The notes beneath the pieces were generated by a model. The model did not search any database, was not told the DNA's origin, and saw only the letters and a program-made list of their open reading frames with translations. A stretch of 63,847 nucleotides of DNA, the filler included. It is 8 parts of 8 records of this genome, joined end to end, with 100 filler letters (N's around TTAATTAATTAA, not from the genome) between each part and the next. Parts side by side here need not be neighbours in the genome. Positions count along the whole stretch, not along the records: positions 7,082 to 17,834 come from SRR31147125_4737; positions 17,935 to 27,270 come from SRR31147125_4745; 6 more parts are not named here. One strand, given 5' to 3'. The translations under genes and the position numbers were made by a program. Below, piece by piece: positions 10,572 through 21,159 of the stretch (position 1 is the stretch's first letter; each line of letters starts with the position of its first letter).

Positions 10572-11117
10572 TTGAAAAAAGACATTAAAATAGGTATTAT
10601 CTTAGGATCGACAAGAGAAGGACGCGTAAGTCCTCAAGTAGGGCAATGGGTTTTAGAAAAAGCAAAAGTACTCGGAGAAGCAACTTATGAGTTAATTGAC
10701 ATCAAGTCTTATGATTTACCATTTATCGGTACTTCAAGTGAACAAGAGGGCATCATTAAATGGAATCAAAAACTTATGGAACTTGATGGATTTATATTTG
10801 TAGCATCAGAATATAACCATTCAATAAGTGGTGCGTTAAAAAATGCACTTGATAGTGCAAAAGAAGCTTGGCAAAATAAAGCTGCAGGTATTGTCTCATA
10901 TGGTTCAGTTGGTGGTGCAAGAGCAGCTGAGCACTTAAGACTTATACTAGGTGAACTTATGATTGCTGATGTAAGAGCACAAGTTTTATTATCATTGTTT
11001 ACAGATTTTAAAGAATTCCAAAAATTTGAGCCATCTGAGATACATGAAAGCAATCTTAAAGATTTATTTCAACAAGTAGAATCATGGTCATTAGCATTAA
11101 AAACTAGAAACTTATAA
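10572..11117 (+). CDS. NADPH-dependent FMN reductase / azoreductase
   Basis: 'GSTREGR', 'EYNHS.SGALKNALD', 'SYG.VGGARA.EHLR'. Confidence 0.9.
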   Translation: MKKDIKIGIILGSTREGRVSPQVGQWVLEKAKVLGEATYELIDIKSYDLPFIGTSSEQEGIIKWNQKLMELDGFIFVASEYNHSISGALKNALDSAKEAWQNKAAGIVSYGSVGGARAAEHLRLILGELMIADVRAQVLLSLFTDFKEFQKFEPSEIHESNLKDLFQQVESWSLALKTRNL

Positions 11118-11191
11118 AGAATAGAGAAGAGGACATAAACCTCCTCTTTTTTTATGCTATAATAAATATGTTAATTAGAAAGTGGTTTTTT

Positions 11192-12598
11192 ATGACAAAA
11201 GAACAGAATAAAAGATACCTTATTTTAGAAGACAAAAATATTTATAAAGGATTGATTATTCTAGCACTACCTATTATGCTAAATAATTTTATCAAAACCA
11301 TTCAATCAGTTATAGATATGTATTTTGTCAGTGATATTCAAGATTATGCAACACAGGCAATCAGTGCTATTTCATTAACATTTCCTGTCAATTTTACCTA
11401 TATATCATTAGGGATTGGACTAAGTGCTGCAGGCACTGCATTAATGAGTCAACTGATTGGTGCAAATAAGAGAGAAGATGCCAGATCTTATGCAGGTAAT
11501 TTATTATTGATCGCATTTCTTGTTGGTGTTGTCCTTAATATATTCTCATATTTTATGTCACCATTAATTATGTCACTTATGGGTACGACTGGTTATGTGT
11601 TAGAACATAGCTCAAAATATTTACAAATTCGTTCATTTGAACTACCATTTGTATTTTTGTTTTATGCTTTTATTGCGATTAGACAATCAAGTGGCGACAC
11701 TGTGACAGCAGTGATTTATGGTATTATTACAGTTATTATTAATATTGTACTTTCACCCATCTTAATCACAACTTTTGGACTTGGTGTATCAGGTGCTGCT
11801 TATGCGACGCTTGCTGCTAATGTTGTAGTTGTACCTGCGATGTTATACTTGCTATTTTATTCTAAAACAGGCATAACAGTAAGTTTTAAACACATAAAAG
11901 CAAAAACAGAAGTTATACATGACATTGTCCATCGTGCACTACCTGCATCTATTGGACAATCATTTACTGCAATTGGTTTTATTATTATGAATGCAATGAT
12001 CGTATCATATAGTGATCAAACAGTCGCAGCATTTAGTGTAGGTAATCGTATTAATAGCTTGATTTTAATGCCAGTGATGGCAACTGGTGGTATACTTGCC
12101 ACGTATATTGGACAAAATATTGGTGCTAATCAACCTAAAAGAGCAAGAAAAGCTTTTCATTCAGCAATGATTTTAACAATCTCAATTATGCTAGTTGGAG
12201 CTCCAATTATTATGATATTTAGAGAGCCATTAATCAATTTATTTTTAGAAGATGACATAGAAGCAAGTAAGCAAGCTTATACATATATGTTCTACATTCT
12301 AACAGGACTTCCAATGATGGCTGTTTTTCAAACTTTTATTGGTACATTTAATGGTTCCGGAAGAACAAGATATACATTTATTTTAACTGTAACGAGATTA
12401 TGGATTCTTAGAATTCCTTTAATATTAATATTTTCAAATTTTACAAATCTTGACCAACTAGGGATTTGGTTATCGATGTTGATATCAAATGTCGCAATAG
12501 CGATTCCTGGATATATCATGTATAAAAAAATTGATTTTTCACCCATAGTTAATACGAAAAAACAGCAAGATCAAGAAGAGGTATTAAGACCAATCTAA
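11192..12598 (+). CDS. MATE family efflux transporter
   Basis: 'LALPIML.N.I.....DM.FV', 'GQNIGA.Q..RA', multiple TM segments. Confidence 0.9.
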   Translation: MTKEQNKRYLILEDKNIYKGLIILALPIMLNNFIKTIQSVIDMYFVSDIQDYATQAISAISLTFPVNFTYISLGIGLSAAGTALMSQLIGANKREDARSYAGNLLLIAFLVGVVLNIFSYFMSPLIMSLMGTTGYVLEHSSKYLQIRSFELPFVFLFYAFIAIRQSSGDTVTAVIYGIITVIINIVLSPILITTFGLGVSGAAYATLAANVVVVPAMLYLLFYSKTGITVSFKHIKAKTEVIHDIVHRALPASIGQSFTAIGFIIMNAMIVSYSDQTVAAFSVGNRINSLILMPVMATGGILATYIGQNIGANQPKRARKAFHSAMILTISIMLVGAPIIMIFREPLINLFLEDDIEASKQAYTYMFYILTGLPMMAVFQTFIGTFNGSGRTRYTFILTVTRLWILRIPLILIFSNFTNLDQLGIWLSMLISNVAIAIPGYIMYKKIDFSPIVNTKKQQDQEEVLRPI

Positions 12599-12606
12599 GG
12601 AGATTT

Positions 12607-13146
12607 ATGATGGAAAAAACGATTAAAGAACATATTGTTCATCAAGGTGATTTCATTGATATTTATGAAGATGAAGTGCTTGTGATAGAAAATCAAAATG
12701 TAGCTAAAAGAATTTATGCAAAACATCCCGGTGGAGCATCAATAATCGCTTTAACAAGCGATAAAAAGATATGTTTAGTCAAACAGTATAGATATCCAAT
12801 TAGAGGTATTTCAATTGAAATACCAGCAGGTAAAAAAGACCATAAAAACGAAGATGGACTTTTGTGTGCTAAAAGAGAATTAGAAGAAGAAACAGGTTAT
12901 CAATCAGATGATATTAAATTACTTTTTAGAACCTATCCATGTATTGGATATAGTGATGAAATACTTGATATTTATTTAGCGAAAAATATCACTAAAGTTG
13001 AACATCCATTACTTGCAGATGAAGATGAATTTATTCACGTTGATTTCTATACAAAAGATGAGGTTAAAGCACTGATTAATCACCAAGAAATTATAGACGC
13101 AAAAACTCTAATTGCATGTCAATATTTTCTAAATATGGACCTTTGA
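12607..13146 (+). CDS. nudF: NUDIX hydrolase (ADP-ribose pyrophosphatase-like)
   Basis: 'KQYRYP', Nudix box 'EIPAGK....E....AKRELEEETG', 'DAKT'. Confidence 0.85.
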   Translation: MMEKTIKEHIVHQGDFIDIYEDEVLVIENQNVAKRIYAKHPGGASIIALTSDKKICLVKQYRYPIRGISIEIPAGKKDHKNEDGLLCAKRELEEETGYQSDDIKLLFRTYPCIGYSDEILDIYLAKNITKVEHPLLADEDEFIHVDFYTKDEVKALINHQEIIDAKTLIACQYFLNMDL

Positions 13147-13151
13147 TTATC

Positions 13152-13613
13152 ATGCGTCATGTTGGTTATTATCAATCACAATTTGGTGTGATTAAATATG
13201 TGTATGAAAAGATGAAAATATATGAAGTTTCTTTCGTCTTTGACGACGTTGATCTATCTGTTTTTGATGATCAAATCAATCAATCATTTGATCGATATTT
13301 TCAAGGTAGTGCAACATCATTTGACTACGATTTTGTGATTGAAAACAAAACGTATTTTCAAAGAGAAGTGTATAAAGTCTTACAAAATATACCTTATGGT
13401 AAAACCTTTACATATGGCGATATTGCAAAACTATTGGGACGTCCAAATGCTGCACGTGCAGTAGGGCAAGCATGTAAATCAAATCCAATAGGTATCATGA
13501 TTCCATGTCATCGAGTGATTGGTAAAAATAAGCAAATGACTGGATATCGTGGGAAAGATTATATTTTCTTAAAAGAAAAGTTATTAAAATTAGAACAAAA
13601 TTTCAATGAATAA
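13152..13613 (+). CDS. ogt: Methylated-DNA-protein-cysteine methyltransferase
   Basis: 'IPYGKT.TYG.IA', 'ARAVGQA...NP', active site 'IPCHRV'. Confidence 0.9.
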   Translation: MRHVGYYQSQFGVIKYVYEKMKIYEVSFVFDDVDLSVFDDQINQSFDRYFQGSATSFDYDFVIENKTYFQREVYKVLQNIPYGKTFTYGDIAKLLGRPNAARAVGQACKSNPIGIMIPCHRVIGKNKQMTGYRGKDYIFLKEKLLKLEQNFNE

Positions 13614-13756
13614 ATTTGAGGCTATATAATTATATTATATAGTCTTTTTTTTATAGATAAATCAGTGTTTTAACGACCTTTTAAAACGATGTTTTTTTAA
13701 AACATTTGTTATATAATGATTATGAATCTCTATGAAATAGAGGATGATAAGGTGAT

Positions 13757-16336
13757 TTGATGAAGAAAAATATATGGCGCATAGCTTTAACGTTGATACT
13801 TGCATATTTAGTACTTATGGCTGCAATCTTTTTAGCATATGTGAGAATATCAAACAATTATATCTTAAAACAAGCTGAAAAAGAACTTGTTGTTGTTGCG
13901 GAGGATATCGCTTCGCTTTTTGTGTTACAAGTTAATTATGATTACACTAGATTTGATGATTTAATTGATACATCAATTGACCCAATCACAGATACAGTTT
14001 TTGACCACTATGAAATACTTGGTGAGTCACTTGAAGGCATGGGTATCGTTAGTGGTAGAGATGTTACGATTGATGGTCAATCATATCGTTATCAAGATGA
14101 TTTTTTAGTGACTGATTTTGAACAAGCTTTTGCCGTATATAATTTCAATGAATATTTTAATACAACAGATTTTGGAGAAACCTATATCGTGTTTAGATCA
14201 GGTGACTATATAGGATACTTTGATGCATCAAATTATATAGACGGATTTTTCGAGTCACAAGATTTGATTTCAAACTATTTTATGATTTCATCTGATAACC
14301 GAATTTTCTATACATCAAATGAAAATGAAACACATGATTACTTTAATGATTATTTTAGAGATGCAAACTATCAACAAACCTACATCAATGACTTTTCATC
14401 ACAAATTTATGCACTCAATTCAGGTATTTTAGAAACTAAAGCTTTTACCGGTGATGCATATTTGACGTATGCACCTGTGTTTTTAGAACAATCAACTGAG
14501 AGTACATTATATTTTACAATTGTCTATGACAGCGAAGATGTAAGGTTATCACTTGGATATCTAACAGGTGTCTTATGGGCTTTATTCTTTGTTATAATTT
14601 TGATCTATTCAGGATCAACCATGATGATTTATAAAATCATTTCAAAACGTATTGAAGATATTCAAACTTCAAGACTAGCCTTGTATTATATGAAACCGTA
14701 TATTATTAAAGTTAAGAAAAATGGGTTTATTGTTTCATACAATCGATCATTTAGTCAATTTTTAGGTAAAAAAGACATCTATGACACAATCAGTGATTTT
14801 AGATTTAAAAATAGAGAAGAACAAGATAACATCATTGAAAATTTAGATAGACAAAAATCTTTTACCACAATATTTCAATCAGAAAAAGGTTCAAGATATA
14901 TCAGATTCATCACAACAAGAACACATGGTGGATATTTGCTTGTTGGTGATGACGTGACTGAAACTGAAGGTAAATTTGACACCTTTAAAACAATGGCTTT
15001 ACTTAATAGCATCACGCGTCTCCCTAATAAAAATTCTTTATTAGAAATATTACAAGAACTCTTTGATGATGAAGAGCGTCTTGCTAAGAAAAATATTTTG
15101 GTGGCTTTTGATATAAATAATTTTAGTAAGATTAATTTGTTGCTTGGTAAAAAGAACGGGGACCATTTTCTTCAACTTATATCAGAAATTGTTTTAGAAT
15201 CAATACAAGGGTATCACGCAACTGTTTTTAATATTGAAGCGGATAAATTTGTCATTCTATTTGAAGACTTAGAAGATTATCAATGGATATTTAGATGGAT
15301 AGAAAAGACAAATGAAAAATTTGATCAACCCGTTACAATTGCTAGAAATATGTTAATGGTTAATACAAAAATAGGTATCTTCTATATTGAAAATGATAAG
15401 TATGAAATATTAAATCCTCAAATATGTTATGATAATCTGATGCTTTCATTAGAACATGCAAAAGGACAATCAGCGAAACCATATTTTGAATATGATGTAT
15501 CATTAAGTATTATTGCATCTAGAGAAAATAGAATGGAACTTGATTTAGCAAAAGCTATTTCAAATCAAGAATTTATGATGAAGTTTCAACCGCAGTATCA
15601 TAATGATAAAAAACGAATTGTTGGATTTGAGGCGTTGATTCGTTGGACAAATCCTAGATATTTAAATGAATCACCTTTAAAATTCATTCAAATGGCAGAG
15701 AGAAACTACATGATTATTGACATTGGACGTATTGCATTGCATGAAACATTTTTAGTTGCTAAAACACTAGAGCCATATGATGTTGAAATATCACTTAATA
15801 TTTCACCTGTTCAAATGCTTCAAGCAGGTTTTGTTAATGAAATTATTACAACCTTTGAGCAATATGAACTTAAAAAAGGATCGATTAGTTTAGAAATTAC
15901 TGAAACATTCTTAATTGATTCATTTGAATTGATTATTACCAAATTGCAGTTATTAAAAAAATATGGCTTTAATATTCACCTTGATGACTTTGGTACAGGA
16001 TACTCTTCTTTACAATACTTAAAAGAGTTACCAATTAATGCGATTAAAATTGATAAAGCATTTGTTGATGAAGTCGAAACGGATACACACGCAAGAGCCA
16101 TTGTTCAAATGATTTCACAACTCGCTAAAAATATTGATCTAGATGTCATCGCTGAAGGTGTAGAAACACTTAAGCAAAATCAAATTGTGCATAAATTAGG
16201 ATGTAATATAATTCAAGGTTATGTTTTATCACCAGCTGTTCCAAAAGCTGAAGCCATTGAACTTATTAAAGTTTATAATGTAGATCAATCCAAAACCCTA
16301 GATGTTAAAGGTAAAAAGGAGGGAAGAAGAAAATGA
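13757..16336 (+). CDS. Membrane sensor GGDEF(degenerate)-EAL c-di-GMP phosphodiesterase
   Basis: Two TMs flanking an extracellular domain; GGDEF position reads EADKF; intact EAL motifs FEALIRW, DDFGTGYSSL, KIDK, AEGVE, QGY. Confidence 0.9.
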   Translation: MMKKNIWRIALTLILAYLVLMAAIFLAYVRISNNYILKQAEKELVVVAEDIASLFVLQVNYDYTRFDDLIDTSIDPITDTVFDHYEILGESLEGMGIVSGRDVTIDGQSYRYQDDFLVTDFEQAFAVYNFNEYFNTTDFGETYIVFRSGDYIGYFDASNYIDGFFESQDLISNYFMISSDNRIFYTSNENETHDYFNDYFRDANYQQTYINDFSSQIYALNSGILETKAFTGDAYLTYAPVFLEQSTESTLYFTIVYDSEDVRLSLGYLTGVLWALFFVIILIYSGSTMMIYKIISKRIEDIQTSRLALYYMKPYIIKVKKNGFIVSYNRSFSQFLGKKDIYDTISDFRFKNREEQDNIIENLDRQKSFTTIFQSEKGSRYIRFITTRTHGGYLLVGDDVTETEGKFDTFKTMALLNSITRLPNKNSLLEILQELFDDEERLAKKNILVAFDINNFSKINLLLGKKNGDHFLQLISEIVLESIQGYHATVFNIEADKFVILFEDLEDYQWIFRWIEKTNEKFDQPVTIARNMLMVNTKIGIFYIENDKYEILNPQICYDNLMLSLEHAKGQSAKPYFEYDVSLSIIASRENRMELDLAKAISNQEFMMKFQPQYHNDKKRIVGFEALIRWTNPRYLNESPLKFIQMAERNYMIIDIGRIALHETFLVAKTLEPYDVEISLNISPVQMLQAGFVNEIITTFEQYELKKGSISLEITETFLIDSFELIITKLQLLKKYGFNIHLDDFGTGYSSLQYLKELPINAIKIDKAFVDEVETDTHARAIVQMISQLAKNIDLDVIAEGVETLKQNQIVHKLGCNIIQGYVLSPAVPKAEAIELIKVYNVDQSKTLDVKGKKEGRRK

Positions 16337-17751
16337 TATTTTTATCTGATACAAATGCAATTGTTTTAACAGTTTTAGTTATTGGATTACTGATTTCACT
16401 TGTCTATTTATTGGCACTATCATTTTTTAAAGAAAGAAAAAGATTAAAAGATGAAAAGGCATTATCGATAGAGGGTATTTTAACAAGTAGTGAAATTAAT
16501 ACTGTTGTGACATCTTTTATTGCAAGAACAGAAGGAGATATGCAATTTACGCTGATATATATTGACTTAGATAAGTTTAGTGATTTTATTAACGCTTTTG
16601 GCAAAGATGAAAGCGAATCTATTTTATCTAAAATTGCAAAAAACATGAGTAAAGTTGTCCCAAGAGATGTGAAAATCGCGAGAATGCAAACCGATGAATT
16701 TCTTATTTTCTTTAACCATGAGTATGATCGAAGTGAAGTTGTTGATTTTGCACATAAAATTAAAGCAGCCATTACTCGACCTATTCGTCTTTTTGGTGAT
16801 ACGGATATTAAAGCTACAGCATCTATAGCCTTATCTTTTTATCCTGCACATGGGAAAACACTTAAAGATTTAATGAATTCTTTATTGCTTGCAACATACA
16901 TTATAAAACGTAATGGTGGAAATAGTATTCGTATTTATTCAGAAGAAATGACCGATCAAGCAGGAGAACACGTAGAGTATTATTATCAAATCAAACATGC
17001 GATCTCACAAAAAGAGTTTCAATTATATTATCATCCGATGATTGATGTAAAAACGCAAGAACTATTTGGTGTTGAATCATTGATCCGTTGGAATCACCCT
17101 GAACATGGACTATTATCTCCATTTAAGTTTCTAGGTATTATGGAACAATCAGGTGATATACACTGGATGACTTTATGGGGATTAGAGACCATTATTAAAA
17201 CTTCTCAAGAAATTCAACAGTACTTTCCACAAAATAAAGTAAAATTTTCAATGAATATTAGTCCAAAGCAATTAATGAATGATAAAATTGCGATGGATAT
17301 GCAAAAACTACTTAAAAAATATCGTGCACAAGCAAATGATATTATTTTAGAAGTGATAGAGTTTGCACTATTTGAAAAACAAGAAACCATACTAAAGAAT
17401 TTAAGAACACTTAAAGAAATTGGATTTAACATTGCTATCGATGGTTTCGGTCTTGATTATCAAACACTATCAAAAGTGAGTGAATTAAAAGTAGATATTA
17501 TTAAACTGGATAATCAATTCCTTAAAGAAGATGATGATTATATGAAGACCAAGTTTGCGAAATTACTTGTAGAATTTGCAGAAAACAATGATACACTAGT
17601 GATATGTGAAATGATTGAAGATAAAGAGATGATGGAAAAAGCACTAGGATATGGCATACAACTCCAACAAGGTTTTTATTTTACGAAACCTATATCAGCA
17701 GAAACATTAAGAGGATATATTGGCTCAGAATCATGGAGAGATATTTTATAA
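16333..17751 (+). CDS. Membrane-anchored GGDEF-EAL protein, both domains degenerate
   Basis: N-terminal TM; QTDEF in place of GGDEF; ESL, DGFGLDY, CEMIE in place of EAL, DDFGTGY, AEGVE. Confidence 0.85.
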   Translation: MIFLSDTNAIVLTVLVIGLLISLVYLLALSFFKERKRLKDEKALSIEGILTSSEINTVVTSFIARTEGDMQFTLIYIDLDKFSDFINAFGKDESESILSKIAKNMSKVVPRDVKIARMQTDEFLIFFNHEYDRSEVVDFAHKIKAAITRPIRLFGDTDIKATASIALSFYPAHGKTLKDLMNSLLLATYIIKRNGGNSIRIYSEEMTDQAGEHVEYYYQIKHAISQKEFQLYYHPMIDVKTQELFGVESLIRWNHPEHGLLSPFKFLGIMEQSGDIHWMTLWGLETIIKTSQEIQQYFPQNKVKFSMNISPKQLMNDKIAMDMQKLLKKYRAQANDIILEVIEFALFEKQETILKNLRTLKEIGFNIAIDGFGLDYQTLSKVSELKVDIIKLDNQFLKEDDDYMKTKFAKLLVEFAENNDTLVICEMIEDKEMMEKALGYGIQLQQGFYFTKPISAETLRGYIGSESWRDIL

Positions 17752-17761
17752 GCATTTTCTA

Positions 17762-17790
17762 TTGACAAATAAAAAGACTTGTCATATAAT
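17762..17790 (+). promoter_or_regulatory. Consensus sigma-A promoter
   Basis: TTGACA-17 bp-TATAAT. Confidence 0.8.
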
Positions 17791-17800
17791 ATTGTTGTAA

Positions 17801-17834
17801 TGTATAAAGGCAAACTATTGGAAACGATAGGACG
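17801..17834 (+). ncRNA. c-di-GMP-I (GEMM) riboswitch, 5' half (cut by contig end)
   Basis: AAAGGCAAA-CTATTG-GAAA-CGATAG-GACG matches the GEMM-I GGCAAAC...GAAA...GGACG(CAAA) pattern; directly after a perfect promoter. Confidence 0.7.
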
Positions 17835-17934
17835 NNNNNNNNNNNNNNNNNNNNNNNNNNNNNNNNNNNNNNNNNNNNTTAATTAATTAANNNNNNNNNN
17901 NNNNNNNNNNNNNNNNNNNNNNNNNNNNNNNNNN

Positions 17935-18114
17935 GCCCCAAATTCTGTTTTCTGCTGTCTGACGTACCGAACAGGTATTCAATATTGCAATATCTGCCTC
18001 TTCCGGATTGATTGCAGGTAAAATTCCAGCATTCGCAAAAGCAAGTTCAAGTGCGTTTGATTCCGCAAAATTCATTTGGCAGCCATATGTTTCCAACCAG
18101 TATCTATTCGGCAT
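17935..18114 (-). CDS. miaB: tRNA-2-methylthio-N6-dimethylallyladenosine synthase, N-terminus (partial)
   Basis: 'ETYGCQMN..ES', 'ILNTCSVRQTAE'. Confidence 0.9.
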
Positions 18115-19012
18115 TAAAACCTCTGTCAGATATTCTGTATCGTTTTTCAGCTGAAACCACGGTATTGTACATAAGCATGGTAATAGTCATTGGGCCGACT
18201 CCACCCGGTACAGGGGTGATGAATGAGGCTTTTTCACTTACTGTTGGAAAATCAACATCACCAACTAATCTGTAGCCTCTCTTTCTTGTGGGATCTACTA
18301 CCCTGTTTATCCCGACATCAATCACTATGGCATGCTCCTTGATCATATCGGCAGTGATAAATGAAGCTTTTCCAATAGCCGCTACTACGATATCGGCCTG
18401 TCTCGTATATTGATCAATATTTTTCGTTCTTGAATGACAAACTGTTACGGTCGCGTTTCCAGCTTTCTCTTTTCTTAACAGCAGATTGGCAAGCGGCTTA
18501 CCAACAATATTTGATCTGCCCACAATACAAACATGCTTCCCTTCAATCTCAATCCCACTGTAGGATAATAGTTTAACAATACCAAAGGGAGTACAGGGAT
18601 AAAAGGTATCCATACCAGCCATCAAACGTCCTAAGTTCACCGGATGAAACCCATCTACATCTTTATCAGGAGAAATTTCCAGCAGTATGCGTTCTTCATT
18701 AATGTGATCCGGGAGCGGCAGCTGAACCAGAATACCATCTATTTCTTTATCCGTATTCAACAGCTGTATTATATCGAGTACTTCCTGTTCGGAGATGGAA
18801 GCCGGAAGTGTATAATCTTTCGTTAATATTCCCATCTGTTTACAGGCACGTTTTTTCCCGCGAACATATGATTGACTAGCAGGATTTTCCCCTATAAGCA
18901 CAACTGCTAATCCTGGGATATGCTGACAAGTTTTGATTAACTGCTCCACGCGATTTTTCAACTCATCGCGAATTTTCCCGCCAATTATTTTACCATCTAT
19001 TATATTTGCCAT
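18104..19012 (-). CDS. folD: Methylenetetrahydrofolate dehydrogenase/cyclohydrolase
   Basis: 'GILVQLPLP', 'KDVDGFHP.N.G', 'GRSNIVGKP', 'TPVPGGVGPMT'. Confidence 0.97.
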   Translation of the reverse strand: MANIIDGKIIGGKIRDELKNRVEQLIKTCQHIPGLAVVLIGENPASQSYVRGKKRACKQMGILTKDYTLPASISEQEVLDIIQLLNTDKEIDGILVQLPLPDHINEERILLEISPDKDVDGFHPVNLGRLMAGMDTFYPCTPFGIVKLLSYSGIEIEGKHVCIVGRSNIVGKPLANLLLRKEKAGNATVTVCHSRTKNIDQYTRQADIVVAAIGKASFITADMIKEHAIVIDVGINRVVDPTRKRGYRLVGDVDFPTVSEKASFITPVPGGVGPMTITMLMYNTVVSAEKRYRISDRGFNAE

Positions 19013-19257
19013 AAACACCTCATTTTACTGTTACGTTTTACCATAGCAGTTGTTTCTACGCTAGAAACATCTTTATTTATATAGGTCTTTTTATCTATTT
19101 TCAAGCTGACTGAAAGCTGATTACTTATTGTCAAAGCGTACAGTTCTGATGCTTTATATTGATGTACAAATAACATTCTGCTATCATGCATTACAAGTAA
19201 AACAGGCTTCACATGCATTCAGATAAAAAGGAACAGAGAATTAAGAAAGGAAAAAAC

Positions 19258-19896
19258 ATGCGAAAATTTGCTATTATTATCGTTTCACTCATTTTGTTAA
19301 CTACCGGAATTTTTGCCCAGGAAATCGGGAATAGCGATACTGAGATTGAAGATGTCACAGCTCTAGAAGAACTGCCTCTCATTTCATATACATATGATAT
19401 CGGAGATCAGATATATTCTTTAAGTTTAGCACCATTGATTCATCTTTTTATTGCCACTCCAGCAGAATCTCCGCAGATTGTTACCGGCGCTATGAATCTT
19501 GGTGGTTACATATCGCTAGGCTGGGATGCGTTCTTCAGTCATAAGGCTGCAATCGGAGCGGAACTTGGTTACGGATTTTCACATTCACTTGATGATAAAC
19601 TGTATATTGCTATTCCGCTGCTGGCTAAAATCTCTTACTATCTTGTTGACGGTGTAATAGATTTACCAATTTCACTTGGTATGGGCGGCGTATATAATTC
19701 ATTTGATGATCAACATTATTTTGGATTGATGCTAAAACCTGAAGTTGGTTTGTATTGGAATGTTGATTCATCCTGGGGATTCGGTTTAAAGACAGCGTAC
19801 TGGTTAATTCCGGAAATTTACTTTGGAACTGACAGTGATAAGACCTCATATGCTAATTTTCTATCAATACAACTCTCGGTTAAATTCACACAATAA
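19258..19896 (-). other. Placeholder check: no minus-strand feature supported here (see + strand CDS)
   Basis: The 74-aa minus ORF is a shadow of the + strand gene. Confidence 0.05.
19258..19896 (+). CDS. Spirochaete outer-membrane beta-barrel (TP0733-like)
   Basis: Signal peptide MRKFAII..., 'GDQ' motif, amphipathic aromatic strands, C-terminal Phe; spirochaete context. Confidence 0.65.
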   Translation: MRKFAIIIVSLILLTTGIFAQEIGNSDTEIEDVTALEELPLISYTYDIGDQIYSLSLAPLIHLFIATPAESPQIVTGAMNLGGYISLGWDAFFSHKAAIGAELGYGFSHSLDDKLYIAIPLLAKISYYLVDGVIDLPISLGMGGVYNSFDDQHYFGLMLKPEVGLYWNVDSSWGFGLKTAYWLIPEIYFGTDSDKTSYANFLSIQLSVKFTQ

Positions 19897-19906
19897 GGAA
19901 ATCCGA

Positions 19907-21085
19907 ATGAAAAGAATATCTTTTATTTTTATAATTATAACTATCGCGTTTATCTTTTTCTCATGCAATCTGAATGGTCCCGGTATATTTACTACAATCG
20001 CTAATTCTACTTCAATTGATGATTCAGACTTAGCAACTGAACCAGTCAGGAATATTTTGAAAGTGATTGGTAATATCATGTATATCCAACATGGTCTGTC
20101 AGTAAAAAAAGCCGATATAAATAGTACTGCTCCATCATGGTCTGCCGTAGAATTCGACACGGGAGCAGGAACTGCGTCTACACAGATATTTGAAGCTGTC
20201 GTAACCGATGCTAATGCATTGGTGTACGCGGCCGTCGGTTCTGAGGAAGACAAAAAAAGTATATATACTGATTCTTTAACCGCACCATCTTATGCCGTTG
20301 CTATTTCCGATAATTTAGAGAATATAACCCTAATGGATATTAAAACAGATGGTACTGATGTCTATGTATTTGCGTATGATTCCACAAATGATTTGGTAGA
20401 AATATATAGTGTGAATACTGTCGCATACAATTCTACTCTTGAAGGATCATTTACTGTAAGTCATGGAATTGCTCCAACTGTCATACATTTGGTAAATACA
20501 AAATTAATTTTTACATTCTACGATTCCGTAGATGAAGATTATGCAAATTATGTAATAGAGACTACTACTCTTGCACCGTCAATGTCACCAACAGAGGAAA
20601 GTAACGATGCATTCAAAGATGATGACGGCAACTATATAGCGATCATTGGAGCCTATTATTATAATTCAACCTACTATTTAGTCCTGAATGACGGAATACT
20701 CTTAACTACAGACGACGATTTTACCACTTATGAAGTAATTAATGACGGAGATGGAGAGTACATGGGTATTGTAACCAATTCTTCAGGTGGAACGACCGCA
20801 GAATTTTCAATTCCGATGACTGTTGCTAAAGATTCTGATAACAAAGAACTGCTGCTTATGGGGGGAATTGACGGAATATATTATTACGATACTGAAGGCG
20901 GAGATGGCCTCCTTCCGGCAGAATTCTCAACATCATCAGATGAATTTTATTCGAATTTATCTTCTATCTATATTCTTGATTTTTATTCTTCTGCTGAAAC
21001 TGATTTCAGTTTCTATACTGCAACATATGAGAAATGGGTGTGGGAAACAGACAGCCGTGCCGAATTATCGGAACAGCTGTTGTAA
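19907..21085 (+). CDS. Acidic spirochaetal lipoprotein, hypothetical
   Basis: Start MKRISF with lipobox FFSC; follows the OMP gene. Confidence 0.65.
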   Translation: MKRISFIFIIITIAFIFFSCNLNGPGIFTTIANSTSIDDSDLATEPVRNILKVIGNIMYIQHGLSVKKADINSTAPSWSAVEFDTGAGTASTQIFEAVVTDANALVYAAVGSEEDKKSIYTDSLTAPSYAVAISDNLENITLMDIKTDGTDVYVFAYDSTNDLVEIYSVNTVAYNSTLEGSFTVSHGIAPTVIHLVNTKLIFTFYDSVDEDYANYVIETTTLAPSMSPTEESNDAFKDDDGNYIAIIGAYYYNSTYYLVLNDGILLTTDDDFTTYEVINDGDGEYMGIVTNSSGGTTAEFSIPMTVAKDSDNKELLLMGGIDGIYYYDTEGGDGLLPAEFSTSSDEFYSNLSSIYILDFYSSAETDFSFYTATYEKWVWETDSRAELSEQLL

Positions 21086-21100
21086 ATGAAATCAGTAAAA

Positions 21101-21135
21101 AGCCTGATTACCATTGAAACACAGGTAATCAGGCT
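21101..21135. terminator. Hairpin between convergent genes
   Basis: AGCCTGATTACC...GGTAATCAGGCT 12-bp perfect stem. Confidence 0.7.
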
Positions 21136-21159
21136 ATATCATTTCGTGCTGAATATCTT

